NCBI GenBank assembly: GCA_036172245.1
Contig: JAYWIR010000013.1
Coordinates: 2,852,001 to 2,916,000 of the forward strand
From: Raillietiella orientalis
Lineage: Eukaryota
Direction of reading: 5' to 3'
Length of the DNA stretch: 64,000 nt
In this document: positions 36,701 to 47,886 of the stretch, piece after piece
How the letters are laid out: every line of letters begins with the position of its first letter
Numbering within the stretch: position 1 is the first letter of the stretch
The notes under the pieces: generated by a model
What the model was told of the DNA's origin: nothing
What the model saw: only the letters and a program-made list of their open reading frames with translations
Databases searched by the model: none
Translations under genes and position numbers: made by a program

Positions 36701-39700
36701 CACTCTGCTTCTGCTGCTGCGGCTCCTCGTCCGTGAGTCGCATTCGGCACTCCGATCGCGGGGGCCGCCTCGGTCCACGCACACGACGGAGCTGCCCGTC
36801 ATCCTCGCGTTTCGGACTCTGGCGAGCGGGCGCGGATTTCTCGAAACGGACAGCACGCGTGCCAGAGGACGGCGTCCGTCCGTCCAGGGCGTACACCGAT
36901 CGCGTTCGCGCGCACGCCGGGTGGGGGGGGGGAAACGTGGGAGCCCTCCGCCGCCGTCGTTGTCGTACACCCTTGATCCTCGCGGAGCAGATGGGTGCGA
37001 GGGAGGCAGTCTCCTGGGCAACGATGAGCGATTTAAGGGCGAATGCATGAGGCTCATGCGGAGGACATCGGGGACGGATCCTCGTCACAGGAACGAACTC
37101 TCCGTGTCGGCACGAGAACTTCCTTGAGACGCGATGCTTAGGGTCGGGGGGAGGGGGAGTTTGCGGACGCCCGGCTCAGTTGGTTTGAGCGGTTCCCATG
37201 TTTACCGCTCAGATCGCTGCGAGCGCACTCCAAGGAGTCGAGACGGATCGGCGATCCTTGCGAGCGAGCGAGAGACCAGAAGCGCCAACAGTTGGCGCGA
37301 GCCAAAAAACGCGCAGGAACGAGCGAATTCGCCTGGGTCGACCACAGGTCGCGTCATCTTTCCGCAAGGTTCAATTGCGGACAGTTCGCGGGAGGAGCGG
37401 GGGGAGGTCGCGACCCGGATCGCGAAAGGTTTGGGAGACGCTTTCCCCACGACGCGTCTCGCCTTGGAGGAGGAGGTGCACCTGCTCTTAGGAGCGCCAA
37501 CGGCAGCCAGGGTTCGGTCAGCTCCTGCGGCAGATTCCCTCCGAGGCTCTCCCCCGTTCTGGCACGTTTGGACGCGGGTCCCGTCAATTGCACGAGAGAG
37601 CTGACTCCAGGCACCCAGCTGCCATGAGATTTCAAGAAAGGATGAAAAACGAACGCCTTTCGCTCCACGCGCACAATTCGTGGTTTCCTCCACGCCGGTG
37701 CTCCGGGACGTGGGAATCTGCAGAATTCTTTTTCCTTTGCCGCAGAGCGTGCAAGATGAACGGCAACGGTTTGCAAGATCTGAAAACGTCTACGTCCTGC
37801 ACGTTTCGAGTTTCTGCTGCTCCCGCCGATCGTTCAAAGAATGGAGGTCAACTCCAGCCGACTCGTAAGCGCCCCCCCTCCACATGAAGTCTCGGGAATG
37901 TTGATCAGCAAATCTCCACAGGGATCTCCAGAGCTCCTCGCCGCGTACGTCGCATTTCTTCTGAGCCATCTCGCGTCGCATCTTTGGGAGTTTCTGATGA
38001 GCCTTTCGTTCTCGGAAGCGCATCGCTGCGTTGGGTCGGTCCCAACATCCTCAAGGCGCAAAGCCAGGCAAAAGAGTGAGCATTCCTCTCGCTCTTAGGG
38101 TTGAGGTCGCGAGCGCAGGGGGGGGGGGGGGGGGGGACACAACCGCGAGATTGCCTAACTGCGAACGCGCGTGCGGGCTCGCCGGGCGTCGCCACTCGAA
38201 GCCCCACTTTGCCGGCGCGAACCCGGCCGTCAGCAACCGGGAATCTCGGGTTCCAGCAAAAAGAGCAAATCGCCTATAGGCGTAAACAGAGCAATAATTT
38301 CTCCCAAGAATAATAAACACAGGGAGAGGCAAGAAAATAGCGTGAAAAGAAGCCTGGAAGCTTCACAAAGGGAGAACTGAACGCTCCTCCATCCAAGCAA
38401 AGGGAAACAGAGAGAGCCCAAATGTGGAAACGACCGGAACGCCTGCCGGAGCTCCGGACGAAATTCTTCGTCGCGTGGAGGAGGGAGGGGGGGAAGGGAG
38501 GGCAATCGGAAGCGGAATGGATTTGCGACACCGGAAACGGTGGCAGAACGAAGGTTTGCTTCATCAGAGAATGCAACTGTGATTTGAGGAGCGCAGTTTA
38601 CGAATGGAAAGCCGAATGGTGAGGTTGCCCTTCGATGAGGTCACTCCTTTGAGGTCGAGGGGGGGAAAAAATGGCGCCTTTGAGGTTGAGAAAGCCGATG
38701 AGGTTGCTCCTTTGAGGTTCTTCCGAACTCTCAAAACAAAAGTTCTCGCTGGAATGCATTGGAAGCAGTAGAGACCATCAGGAGCAGGACGTAACAGTGA
38801 TGCAACGATGAACAAAGAAAACAAGGAGCAAACACGAAAATAAACATCTTGAGCTAGATGCGAGATCTTGGGCGAAAACAGTCAAGGCATCAGGAACGTC
38901 GGAAGATGTTTGCTGGAGGACGTGCAAGAATATGAGAAGTCTTTCTGGAAGGTGCCATTTCTTCCCCCTTTTTACTGGCGGTTATTCATTCTTTGTTTAC
39001 GGCTTCAGTCCGCAGGTTCACAGGAAGGATCAGCTCTTGACGGGTTTCCAAGCCGCTGCTTCTTTCTGGCTGTTGAATCTTCAGCCGGGGATCCACTGCT
39101 CTCCACTACGACTTCGGCTCCCCTTGTCCTGGAGGCTCGTGTCTCCGGTGGGAATAGTCCTGTCTTCGCATGAGTCAGGGTGGTTCCTGTGTCACGTCGA
39201 AGCACCGTACTTTGCCGACGTGCCTTCATCTCATGCACGGCACTCTTGTCTGCAAGAGACCTTCGGTTCGGCTTGCACTCAGCTGCAGTGCAAACGATCT
39301 CCCGAGAAACCACGGCAGAGCAAATACTCGTCCAAAAGGTATTTTTTTTGTAAGGATCCCGAAGAACCAAATCATCGAGACGATGGTGACAAAGATAAGA
39401 AGGACGGTCGCTTCTGCAAGACAAACACTCAACAAAAGTAAGTTGGATTCAGGAGAACGGAATAAAGATCGTTGCACTTCTCACTCTGTGGATTTTCTGA
39501 TCAAGAGGATTGGTGAAGAATTTCATGCTACTACAGGGCTATCAGTCAGACGTGATGTGTGCCGCTGTTTTCAAGAGAAGAGAAGAAAAAGGACTTTTTG
39601 CAAGAATCCCTCGTGGGTGAACACGAAAGAAAACGCCCTTCTTTCGATCGTTCCCGAATTTGGACCGTCGGAAAACGGCACCTTTTCTGAAGATGGTTTA

Positions 39701-40597
39701 GGAATCAGGAAAAGGATAGAAAAAGGTGAACAGAAAAGGATGTGGTTAGAAGGAAAAAGAACAACCAGAGTCCTCGAGAAGACTTCCTGATGGCGTCTAA
39801 TCATCTGGTAAAGAAATGCTCTCTCGAATGCTCAACTTGGGAGTTTTCCAATGGTCGAGGAATAGCTATAACTCTTCCCTGTGGACATTTGATCTTATGA
39901 TCGAGAAGACGACGGGAACAAGATGATCCTGAAGTGAAAGCACTTCCTCTTGATGAACACCTGAAAAACTGTCTATAGCCTGAAGGACCAGCTGCCAGTG
40001 CAATAACCTGCTGAAGCCACGGTACAACGGCCCAGAAGTGCCCCTCCCTTGTGATCACTTTCCAGTTTCCCGTCCTCCGTTGCATGGCATATGCAAAAAT
40101 GGAGCCGCAAACCAAATCACCGTCACCTCCATCACTCAGTTTTTAATGATCTTTCTAAAACGTACTATCCTATAGAAACGGGATGTACTCTTTGTAAATA
40201 CACCCATTCCATAATTTATGAATAGCTAAGTGCCTGTGCGTGTATGCTATTAGAACATATCTGAAGTTGTTTCTCGAGGATATAAATACAAATGTAATTT
40301 AACGTAGCAAGTGTCCTATACATATGCTTGAACATCTTAGTATAATCTGCGTAATTAACACTTCATTCTGATTCCTCATCACAAAATGTTCTAAAACCAG
40401 TCCATTGACTTCAGGTGGCTGATCTGAGAGAGCAGCTGCAGGAGGCGTCTCAGATGAAATTGCAACTGGAGGAGAGCATGAGGAACAGCTCGCACCGATT
40501 CGGAATGTTGAAGACACGCTACGAAGCCACGTGTTTGGAGAATTCTCACATTAAAGAAGACATCGTTCGCTCCACGAGCTCATCCGTAATGAGATGA
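33798..40597 (+). CDS. Large coiled-coil protein of unknown family (multi-exon; 3' structure uncertain)
   Basis: Exon 1 33798-35846 (683 codons, E/L/R/K heptad-rich, strong GC3, CAG|GTGCGT). Exon 2 36135-36374 (CCCCTTGCAG|..|GTAAGC, phase 0). Another phase-0 coiled-coil exon starts at 40415 (VADLREQLQEASQMKLQLEESMR..). Intervening and later exon candidates are frameshifted. Confidence 0.8.
36431..36881 (+). repeat. Local intronic duplications, including a partial copy of exon 2
   Basis: ~36433-36512 is similar to ~36800-36873 (ATCCTCGCGTTTCGGACTCTG..GACAGCACGCGTGCCAGAGGACGGCG). ~36533-36570 repeats exon-2 CGTTTGCGACATGAGCCGGAGAGTG joined to a donor-like GACGTAGGCACCG. Confidence 0.85.
37560..37830 (+). 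repeat. Dispersed repeat, copy B (inverted relative to 24400-24640)
   Basis: See copy A: a 26-nt exact core plus collinear conserved blocks. Confidence 0.85.
38900..39600 (+). mobile_element. Decayed 3' end of a LINE ORF2 (RTE-X/L2-like C-terminus)
   Basis: KRYFF / MVTKIRR..LN..GERNKDRC..RIGEEFH resembles the R.C..C..igdEfH..C terminal motif. Weak, motif-level evidence only. Confidence 0.4.
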
Positions 40598-42939
40598 ATG
40601 TGAACCAGAAAGTCCATCAAGGTTCCTGGGAAAGAAAAGAAGAAGAAAAAAAAAAAAAAAAAACAGAAAAGAAAAATGACCCTTCCTTCCGTACCGAACT
40701 TCTGCTCTTCTGCTAAGCAGCCATCCTGCTACCGAACTCGTGAATGTCCCCGTCTGCTAAACGGACAGATCTCATCTCAAATACAGTTTCCATTTACAGT
40801 GCTTTTCTCGTTCTTCCTATCTCCTCGTTTCTGCTGGTACTTATAACGTTTTTGCCTTTAGTAGAAAAAAAAAAAAAAGTGCGGTTCGGCTGCATTTTCG
40901 GTGCCAAGCATACTTTCCTCTGGTTGAGATGCTGCAGTTGACTGGAAAGGAAAAAAAAAAAGGTCATAATCAAATTTCCTTTTTTTTCGTCTCCAGCATT
41001 TCCAAATATATCCCGGAAGCGTTTCCGAGCGAGGCATTTCTCGAGTGCCTAGAATTTGCTTTTCTCAGCTGATGCGGACATTCATCTCAGCTCAAGTATA
41101 TTCCTCATCTTTTAATTCGAGAATCGTCCGAGTTTAGTCCTTTTTCGTTTTTTGCTATTAGAATCTCCTTTCCGATAACGGAAAGCTAAGGCGGATCTCC
41201 ATCCCAATAGGAAGATTAGCTTTCTCATTTACCCCAATTTCGATCCCGCCAGGAAAATAGGTTGCGACCTTATCCTAGATATCCCGAAAAAATGAGACCG
41301 CATTGGATCCAGCACAGGAGAGAGATCGAATCGTTACACATCCTATCGTAAACAGCCACACATGAAGCACATGTAGTCACAAGAAGCAGTTCAGGTTTGC
41401 CCATGATATACATATAAATATGTATACAGTTCACCTTACATTGCATACATGTACTTGGTTTACTCCCAGCCACGGTTTGCAACCACCATTTGCAAACCAT
41501 GTGTACATATGCACCTGTGCGTGCAACGCATAGTCCCCAACCTAAGGGTTTCCCCCAACTGACCCCAGCGACCCCAGTTCAAGAAGAACTCGAAGGGGAT
41601 CCGAAATTTTCTGAAAGGAGGGAAAATATCTTTCGGAAGGTGTTGTCAGCTGCAGCTTACCAAATCACCGAGCTGACTACGAACCCGGAAATTCGATGAA
41701 ATGAAGACGGACGGCCTGGGAGCTGAAGACACTATCCGTGAAATGAGTTTTGCAAGATGGCTTAGAACGTGAATTTCTAGAGCACTGCGAAGAGGAAAGC
41801 GAGAGGGTGACCTCCGGTCACCTGGAAAGATATGGTTATCGTTAATTGGTACTTCGCCACGATTCTGCTTCGGTTCCCTGAACATTGCATTGCTTATGCA
41901 TTACATAATTCAGCGTCTCCCAAACTGTGTTCCTTCACGGAAAGTCTGTAAGCGTTCCGTGAAGAACTACGAAAAATTAATGTATTTTAAGTGCTATTAA
42001 ATGTATTTCGTGTTCTTTGTTTTGCATAATTAAAATTTGAGGATAATTTCTTGACCTTTACTTGCTTACTTTACTCATTATTGAGATCCACCAACCGTAC
42101 AAAATCACCGAGGTCTTCGGTTGAAATTTCAGGATTTGTGACGAGTTTCCTCGTCATAGGAAAAACTTTGGGAAACGCCGACGTAACTCCAGGGATATTT
42201 CCGCTGCCAGTTTCCATAGGGGAAAGCGCATCTGCCTAAAAGTTTCAGTCTCTCATCCCATTCCCGAAACTAATGTAAGATGACGGAGCTGGACAGGAGC
42301 GTGCACGCCCCAGTTTGATGCAGGCCCGCCCGCATACTTTAGCAAGTCAACTTTTTCATCATCAGCTGCTCAGCTGGTGAGCATGTAGAGATCCACTCTT
42401 CGGCATTCGAAGGCAGCCACCCTCGATCTGCGGCCCGCCAAGATGTGCTGCCCTTATCGCTCGCAGCCATCAAGTACTGAAAGGTTAAAAACCAAAAGAA
42501 GACATCCGGATTTAAGAAAAGGACTGTCGGCTGCTAGCGGAAAAATCCCCGGAGCTTGCAAACAGCGGCTGTCATGCAATCAGCTGAAGATGGGAAACGA
42601 TCGTGCAGTGCCATTTGACGGATTCGTCGGATTCGAAGATGATTCGAATCCAGGAGCTGTTTTGGAAGAATTGAAAGAAGGAAAAGAGTGCTCGGGATCT
42701 TCGGCAAATACAGGACTATGCGAAAATGTGCTCCTGCGATCCTTGCCTGTTGTTCGGATCCACTTGTCTTTGCGAATCGCCTTATTCGAAAATGAAATGT
42801 GCAAAACACATTGATCGGCTTACTGATTCTCACCTTGATGATGATGTATTAAGAACAGCACGTAGCAGCTATAAATCTGATTTATCTAAGGTGGTCAAAA
42901 AGTATCCACTTGGAATATATTACACTAGCTTTAGGACGA

Positions 42940-43611
42940 TGGAAATCCTTCTTTTCTGTCTTCGCAGTTCTTCGACACGGTTCCACGTCACCCGATGGTG
43001 GGTAATTCTTCACGATAGGGGGTGCCCAGGGAAGGGATCTCCCTATGAATCCAGGAAGGGCTCGGAAAGCCGGGGAAGGGATCCCCCTGGAAAGGAGGGG
43101 GGGGATCAGACTTCCACCCTGGTTGTCTCCGAAGGGGAACCCTGAAGGGAACCTCCTTCCTCATTCTCTCCGGAGAAACCCCGGAGGATCCGCTCCATCC
43201 TTTCTTCTCTGAAGGGAACCCGGAAAGATCCTGGAATTTCTTCTCCGGAGGGATCTCACGCAAAGGATCCGCTCCCGTTTACTCCTCTGAAGAGAACCCA
43301 GAAGGGACGCTTCCGAAATTCCGAAGGACGCAGCTTCCCCGAAGGGATCGACGACTCGCTTCTCTGCAGTCTCTGGAGAGGTGGTGGCGACACACCTACC
43401 CCATCAGTACGACGCGGAGGGGTCCTCCCTCGGAATGAGGAGTCCGCTCCTTTACAACCGGAGGGGAGCTCCCGCTCTGTGATTCCTGGTAGGACCCGGA
43501 GGTCGACTCCCACTTGTCCCGGCCCTCATCGGGGACATCCGGTTTGAACCGCTACCAGTGCCGCACCCGAATGAACAGAGGCCGACCAGCGTCCTCTTGT
43601 GGGGTGAACTC
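42940..43611 (-). mobile_element. SINE-like element copy 2, lacking the tRNA-like head (5'-truncated)
   Basis: 672 bp collinear with 30147-30818; about six substitutions seen by eye; same low-coordinate end (TGGAAATCC). Confidence 0.8.
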
Positions 43612-45870
43612 ACACAACTTGGTTCCAACGCTTGAGTTCATTTAGATTTCGAGTTTCAGTTTATTTTTTTTTCACATGATTGTATTGTAATATATAGCGT
43701 ACTACATACAGCCCCCGTGATGTTGCAAACTCATGTATGTGGTCCGAGAAGAAGAAAGGTTGAGAATGACTGCTTTAAAGCTATGAGGCATGATTCTGCA
43801 TTTCTGCGTGTCTTTTGCATTTTGGATTTCGTTTTCTAAATGAATTTCCGAAAATTCCGTGAACGTGAGCAGAAAAAATGATTCAGCGTAGATAATGAAT
43901 GCATGCATTTATTATTGCGGCAGTTTATACCTCATTGCGGCTACTATTCCATAGAACCGTAAACATATCTAGAATTCGTTGTGCTGCCACGTTCATTAGA
44001 ATGGCATTTGGGGGGAAGGGGATTCCATTTACCGCGTGGACTGTGCCGCAGCTCGAAACCTCGATCTCTCCTCCCCACTGGACCACTCTTCTCAGCCTGG
44101 ATCCCATGTTTGATTGTAGCATCCAGGAATGGTCTGCATAGTGCCTACAACGGCTCTCCCAGAACCCGACGGAACTTCCCGTTTCATTTCTCACCACGAA
44201 GTGCCCCACCTTGCGTCTCGAATCTCTCTTTTCACCTCTTCATATTACCTTTCCAATTGGTCAGTCTTCACACTCGCCAAGCCTCATTTTCTGTGTTGGT
44301 CGGCCCCTTTTACTCGGTACGCTTAGCTCACCTTTTTTCTGTTGTCGTTTGTTTCAATCAAACGGATGCTGAACAAGGAACCTCTGGCGTTATCACTATA
44401 GCAACCCACCCGCTTGCCATCTCGAATGCGTGCTCTCAGGCGAACCACGCCACAACTACCTTTAGAACGCAGAATCCTGGCGCTGCCAGAGAATTGCATC
44501 TTACCAACATCTAACTCAGAGGAGATGTCATTTCAGGAGCAGCTCAGTCGGACCATAGTAGATCAGTCTCCATTATCTCATGTTATCTCTGAGACCTTAG
44601 CGCTTGAGCTGCCGCATAATTAATGAAGAGTCACAACAACAACAAAAAAAAAAAACCCTTAGAATGGGAATCGTATGAAAAGGAATAGGATGATGTAGGA
44701 ATCGGGGGTTCTATCTAACAGAAGATCGAGCGAGAATCTTTCGAGTAACACGAGGACAATTGGAGAAACGGAGCAAAAATTAATCCGCGTCGTGGAGGCA
44801 TTCAAACGGGCGTTTGCAGGATTCCCAATGCGACCCCACATGCGCGTCTGCATTACGATATGCAGATGATGACAGAAAGAGAGAGAGGAAAGAGAGGGAA
44901 AGATCGGATAGGGAGAACACTTCCGAAATGCGAAATGGAACCAAAGCTGGATTTTTGGCAGCAGCTGTGGAAAGCCGCAATGACGATGTGGAACCGACAC
45001 GCTGCTGCGCCAGGTGAGGTCAGCAAACTTCCTGACTTCATTACGACTCTGTCGTGAGAGATTTCCAAAAGGTCAAAGAGATTCATTTTGAGGTCGGATG
45101 AACTCTTTCAGTTTGAGAATAAACAAGGAATAATGAGACGGGATCTTGTGTGCTGCAAGCGAGCAAGTGGAAAGCATGAAAGGAAATATGAGAACAAGGA
45201 GGCTTAAAGCAAAGCACGTGATTTCATCTCATCTCACAGTCAGTAGCGATTCTTCGTCGTAGAACTGTTGCAGGAACTTTTACTCCTTTCACGAAAGAAC
45301 AAGATCTAACGGCACTCCTTGAAATAAAGCAGAAGGGGGGGGGGATTGTGTGCTGGTGATTAAAGTATTGCCGACTCTTTTGGAGAATTTCCCCCAGGAG
45401 AATGGAGCAACGCTCAAGAAAGAAATGTGCTACAAAGTTAGTGTATTGGAACAGAATGAAGACCCCAGCACGCACTGCCATAGCAGGTTGGTCTCTTTCG
45501 ATTCTGCAGATGCTGCTTCTCGTTTCTGCTAGTGTTGATAGGATGCTGTCCTTATAGGGCTATTCGATGTCTCCTCAAGACACCTTCAGTGATCAAGGAT
45601 TTCCTGTGCTTCATGTTATGCAATAAGGACTCCTCTTCTCCACTGTCCCTGATTATCGAAATAGGATCTAAACAACATTGGGCCACCAAAGGATCATACT
45701 TATGTATCTAGCATAAAAATGCCCTTTAAAGTATCTGATGAAGTTTTCACAGAACTCATTGCCAGCATCCTTCAAATGAATTGTCCCACACATGTACAAA
45801 GAAGAATAGAGATGAGCTGGAGCCGTAGCCAAAACTAACTGTTGACTGGTAGCAAAAGAGCGTTTTTTTT

Positions 45871-45874
<4 letters not shown>

Positions 45875-45913
<39 letters not shown>
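45875..45913. repeat. (TG)n microsatellite
   Basis: Direct reading. Confidence 0.95.
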
Positions 45914-45914
<1 letters not shown>

Positions 45915-47059
45915 TGCTTTTGTATCGCTGTAAAACCACTGAGCCATTGACAAAAAAAAACTCATCGCAAATTCTGACTTGGAATACAATCATTCGATAA
46001 CAAAATCCTTGTTTGCTTATGATGAATCTGCGGGGTTTAGTTTAGTGGAGATTGTGTGTTGGATATGATGAATGAACCCAGTTAGCTAGTATCGTTGTGA
46101 TAATAGGATCACAAAACAATAAAATAAATATATTTAGCTCTATTTATCAGTGCCTTCTAGATACCCTTTCCATCACTATTGTGTAACAAATTATCGACTA
46201 TGTGCTGATTATAGAAGGAACACTGATCACATGGAAGTAGACAGAGCCGATTATGAGCAACAGTGTTCATGAGCTTCCATAGAGTTCCAAAAAAAATTTC
46301 ATGGATGCTGGAAATGAACCGGCTGTTCGTGTTGCCTCCCGTCCATTGTCTTTCATTCGAAGAGGCAACGTCTCAAGGAATACCTTTTCTGGGAGGAAAC
46401 TAGCACAGTCAACACCTCAGTGGTCGAGACCTTTTGCTAACAAATACAAATGCAAACAGGTTAGGTCGAAAACCATATAATCGGAAATATAGAAAAAAAA
46501 ATCAGTTTCTTCTTGAACGAACTCTGACAACTTGATCAAATCAAAATCGTTTCCTTACTTTGCGAAAACTTTCGAGCAGAGCTACCATGGCCTTTCCGTC
46601 ATCGTGCACCGGAAAGACGATGATGGATCACTTGGAAAATCCAACAAACTTCTCGTATCAACACGATTTGATGAAAAATACCCCCTGTATGGTGCTTCGA
46701 ATCATCTCGATCCTATTATAAGGTATTGCATCATAATGCACCTCCGGTCAAATTAAAAATTGGGAATTTCAAGCTTTGAACAGCAGATACGTCGAGTACA
46801 CTTATTACTCGTGAAAGGCCTAGGTAAGTGAAAGGCAGTACAGCGCTTAATTACAGACATTTTATTTTCGATTACTAATTCACAGCCATGATAAAAATGA
46901 TATGCACGTGCTGTTCGATTGAAGAACAGTAAAACATTCATTCATTCGCAGCATACATATCTTTAAAATGTATGTATATTTCATATATAGATATGATCTT
47001 TACTCACATTTGAATGAAAGTACATGGATGTTTATTCTCTTTGGTTCTTTATTACAAAC

Positions 47060-47344
47060 TTTTTATTACTTATGTGTGCATTTACACAACTGGTTGCAGG
47101 GGGGCTCTGGACATTCTTTCGGAGTTACTCCTCTGTTCACTTGGGGTGCCCTCTTCATGGTGCTTCCTCCGCTCCCTGGCTTTCGTATGGTAGGAGAAGA
47201 TTGTCTGGATTCTCCGACTGGCTGTCGGTTTTCCTTGAGAGCTGGACTGCATAGATATCACTTGAATACTGGATACGCGCAGCCACCATCCGGTACCTCA
47301 GTTCCACCAGTTTCTTCTTTGGTATTCTTAGATCTTGTATGAAA
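47060..47344 (-). mobile_element. 5'-truncated NeSL/Utopia-like retrotransposon insertion flanked by a 30-bp target-site duplication
   Basis: Minus strand encodes IQDLRIPKKKLVELRYRMVAARIQYSSDIY..EEAP*, homologous to 28160-28351 with aligned stop codons, and ends in AATAAAAA. Flanking direct repeats 47030-47059 and 47345-47374 match at 29/30. Confidence 0.8.
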
Positions 47345-47833
47345 GTTTATTCCCTTTGGTTCTTTATTACAAACAAGAATGCAAATAAAATCGTGGGCCA
47401 TTCTGATCTTCAATGAATAGGGCCAGTTACGAAATGCATCATGAAAGCATACCGAAAGCAAGATTACAAGACAGAAAGAAAATTTTAGATAATGGAGAGT
47501 AACCAAGTGTACTAAAATTCATTTTTATATCGTCTCAAATCATCTAAGATTGATCGTATGTGAGAATTGCTTATCAATCAGATTTTATCTCGAATTTTAA
47601 TGGATTTTCACACGCCAGAACGATGCTCAGACAGCATATCGTTTCTTTGGAATTTTATCTTCATTGCGAAATATGCTAAAAAAATAATTCTGGCTTTAGA
47701 AGATTTCCATTCGTGTTTCAAAACATTCGTGTTACACCCTCCACCTGATTCAGACTGTCTAAATGAATCGATATATATCAGGGAATCTTGAAAGGTAAAT
47801 TGAAATTTACATAAGTTTGGCTTCTTCACATCT

Positions 47834-47886
47834 TTCTTCTTCACTCTTTCACTCTTCTTCACTCTTTCACTCTTCTTCTTCACTCC
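47834..47886. repeat. 18-bp tandem repeat (TCTTCTTCACTCTTTCAC) x ~2.5
   Basis: Direct reading. Confidence 0.8.

Noticed and set aside
30147..43616. The two 672-bp repeats as LTRs of one 13.5-kb element (TG start, nearby CA, ACTT on both flanks)
   Set aside because: The copies do not share the CA end, no gag/pol or primer-binding site was seen between them, and a 4-bp match with flexible boundaries is likely chance. 5' truncation of a tRNA-headed element explains the pattern better.
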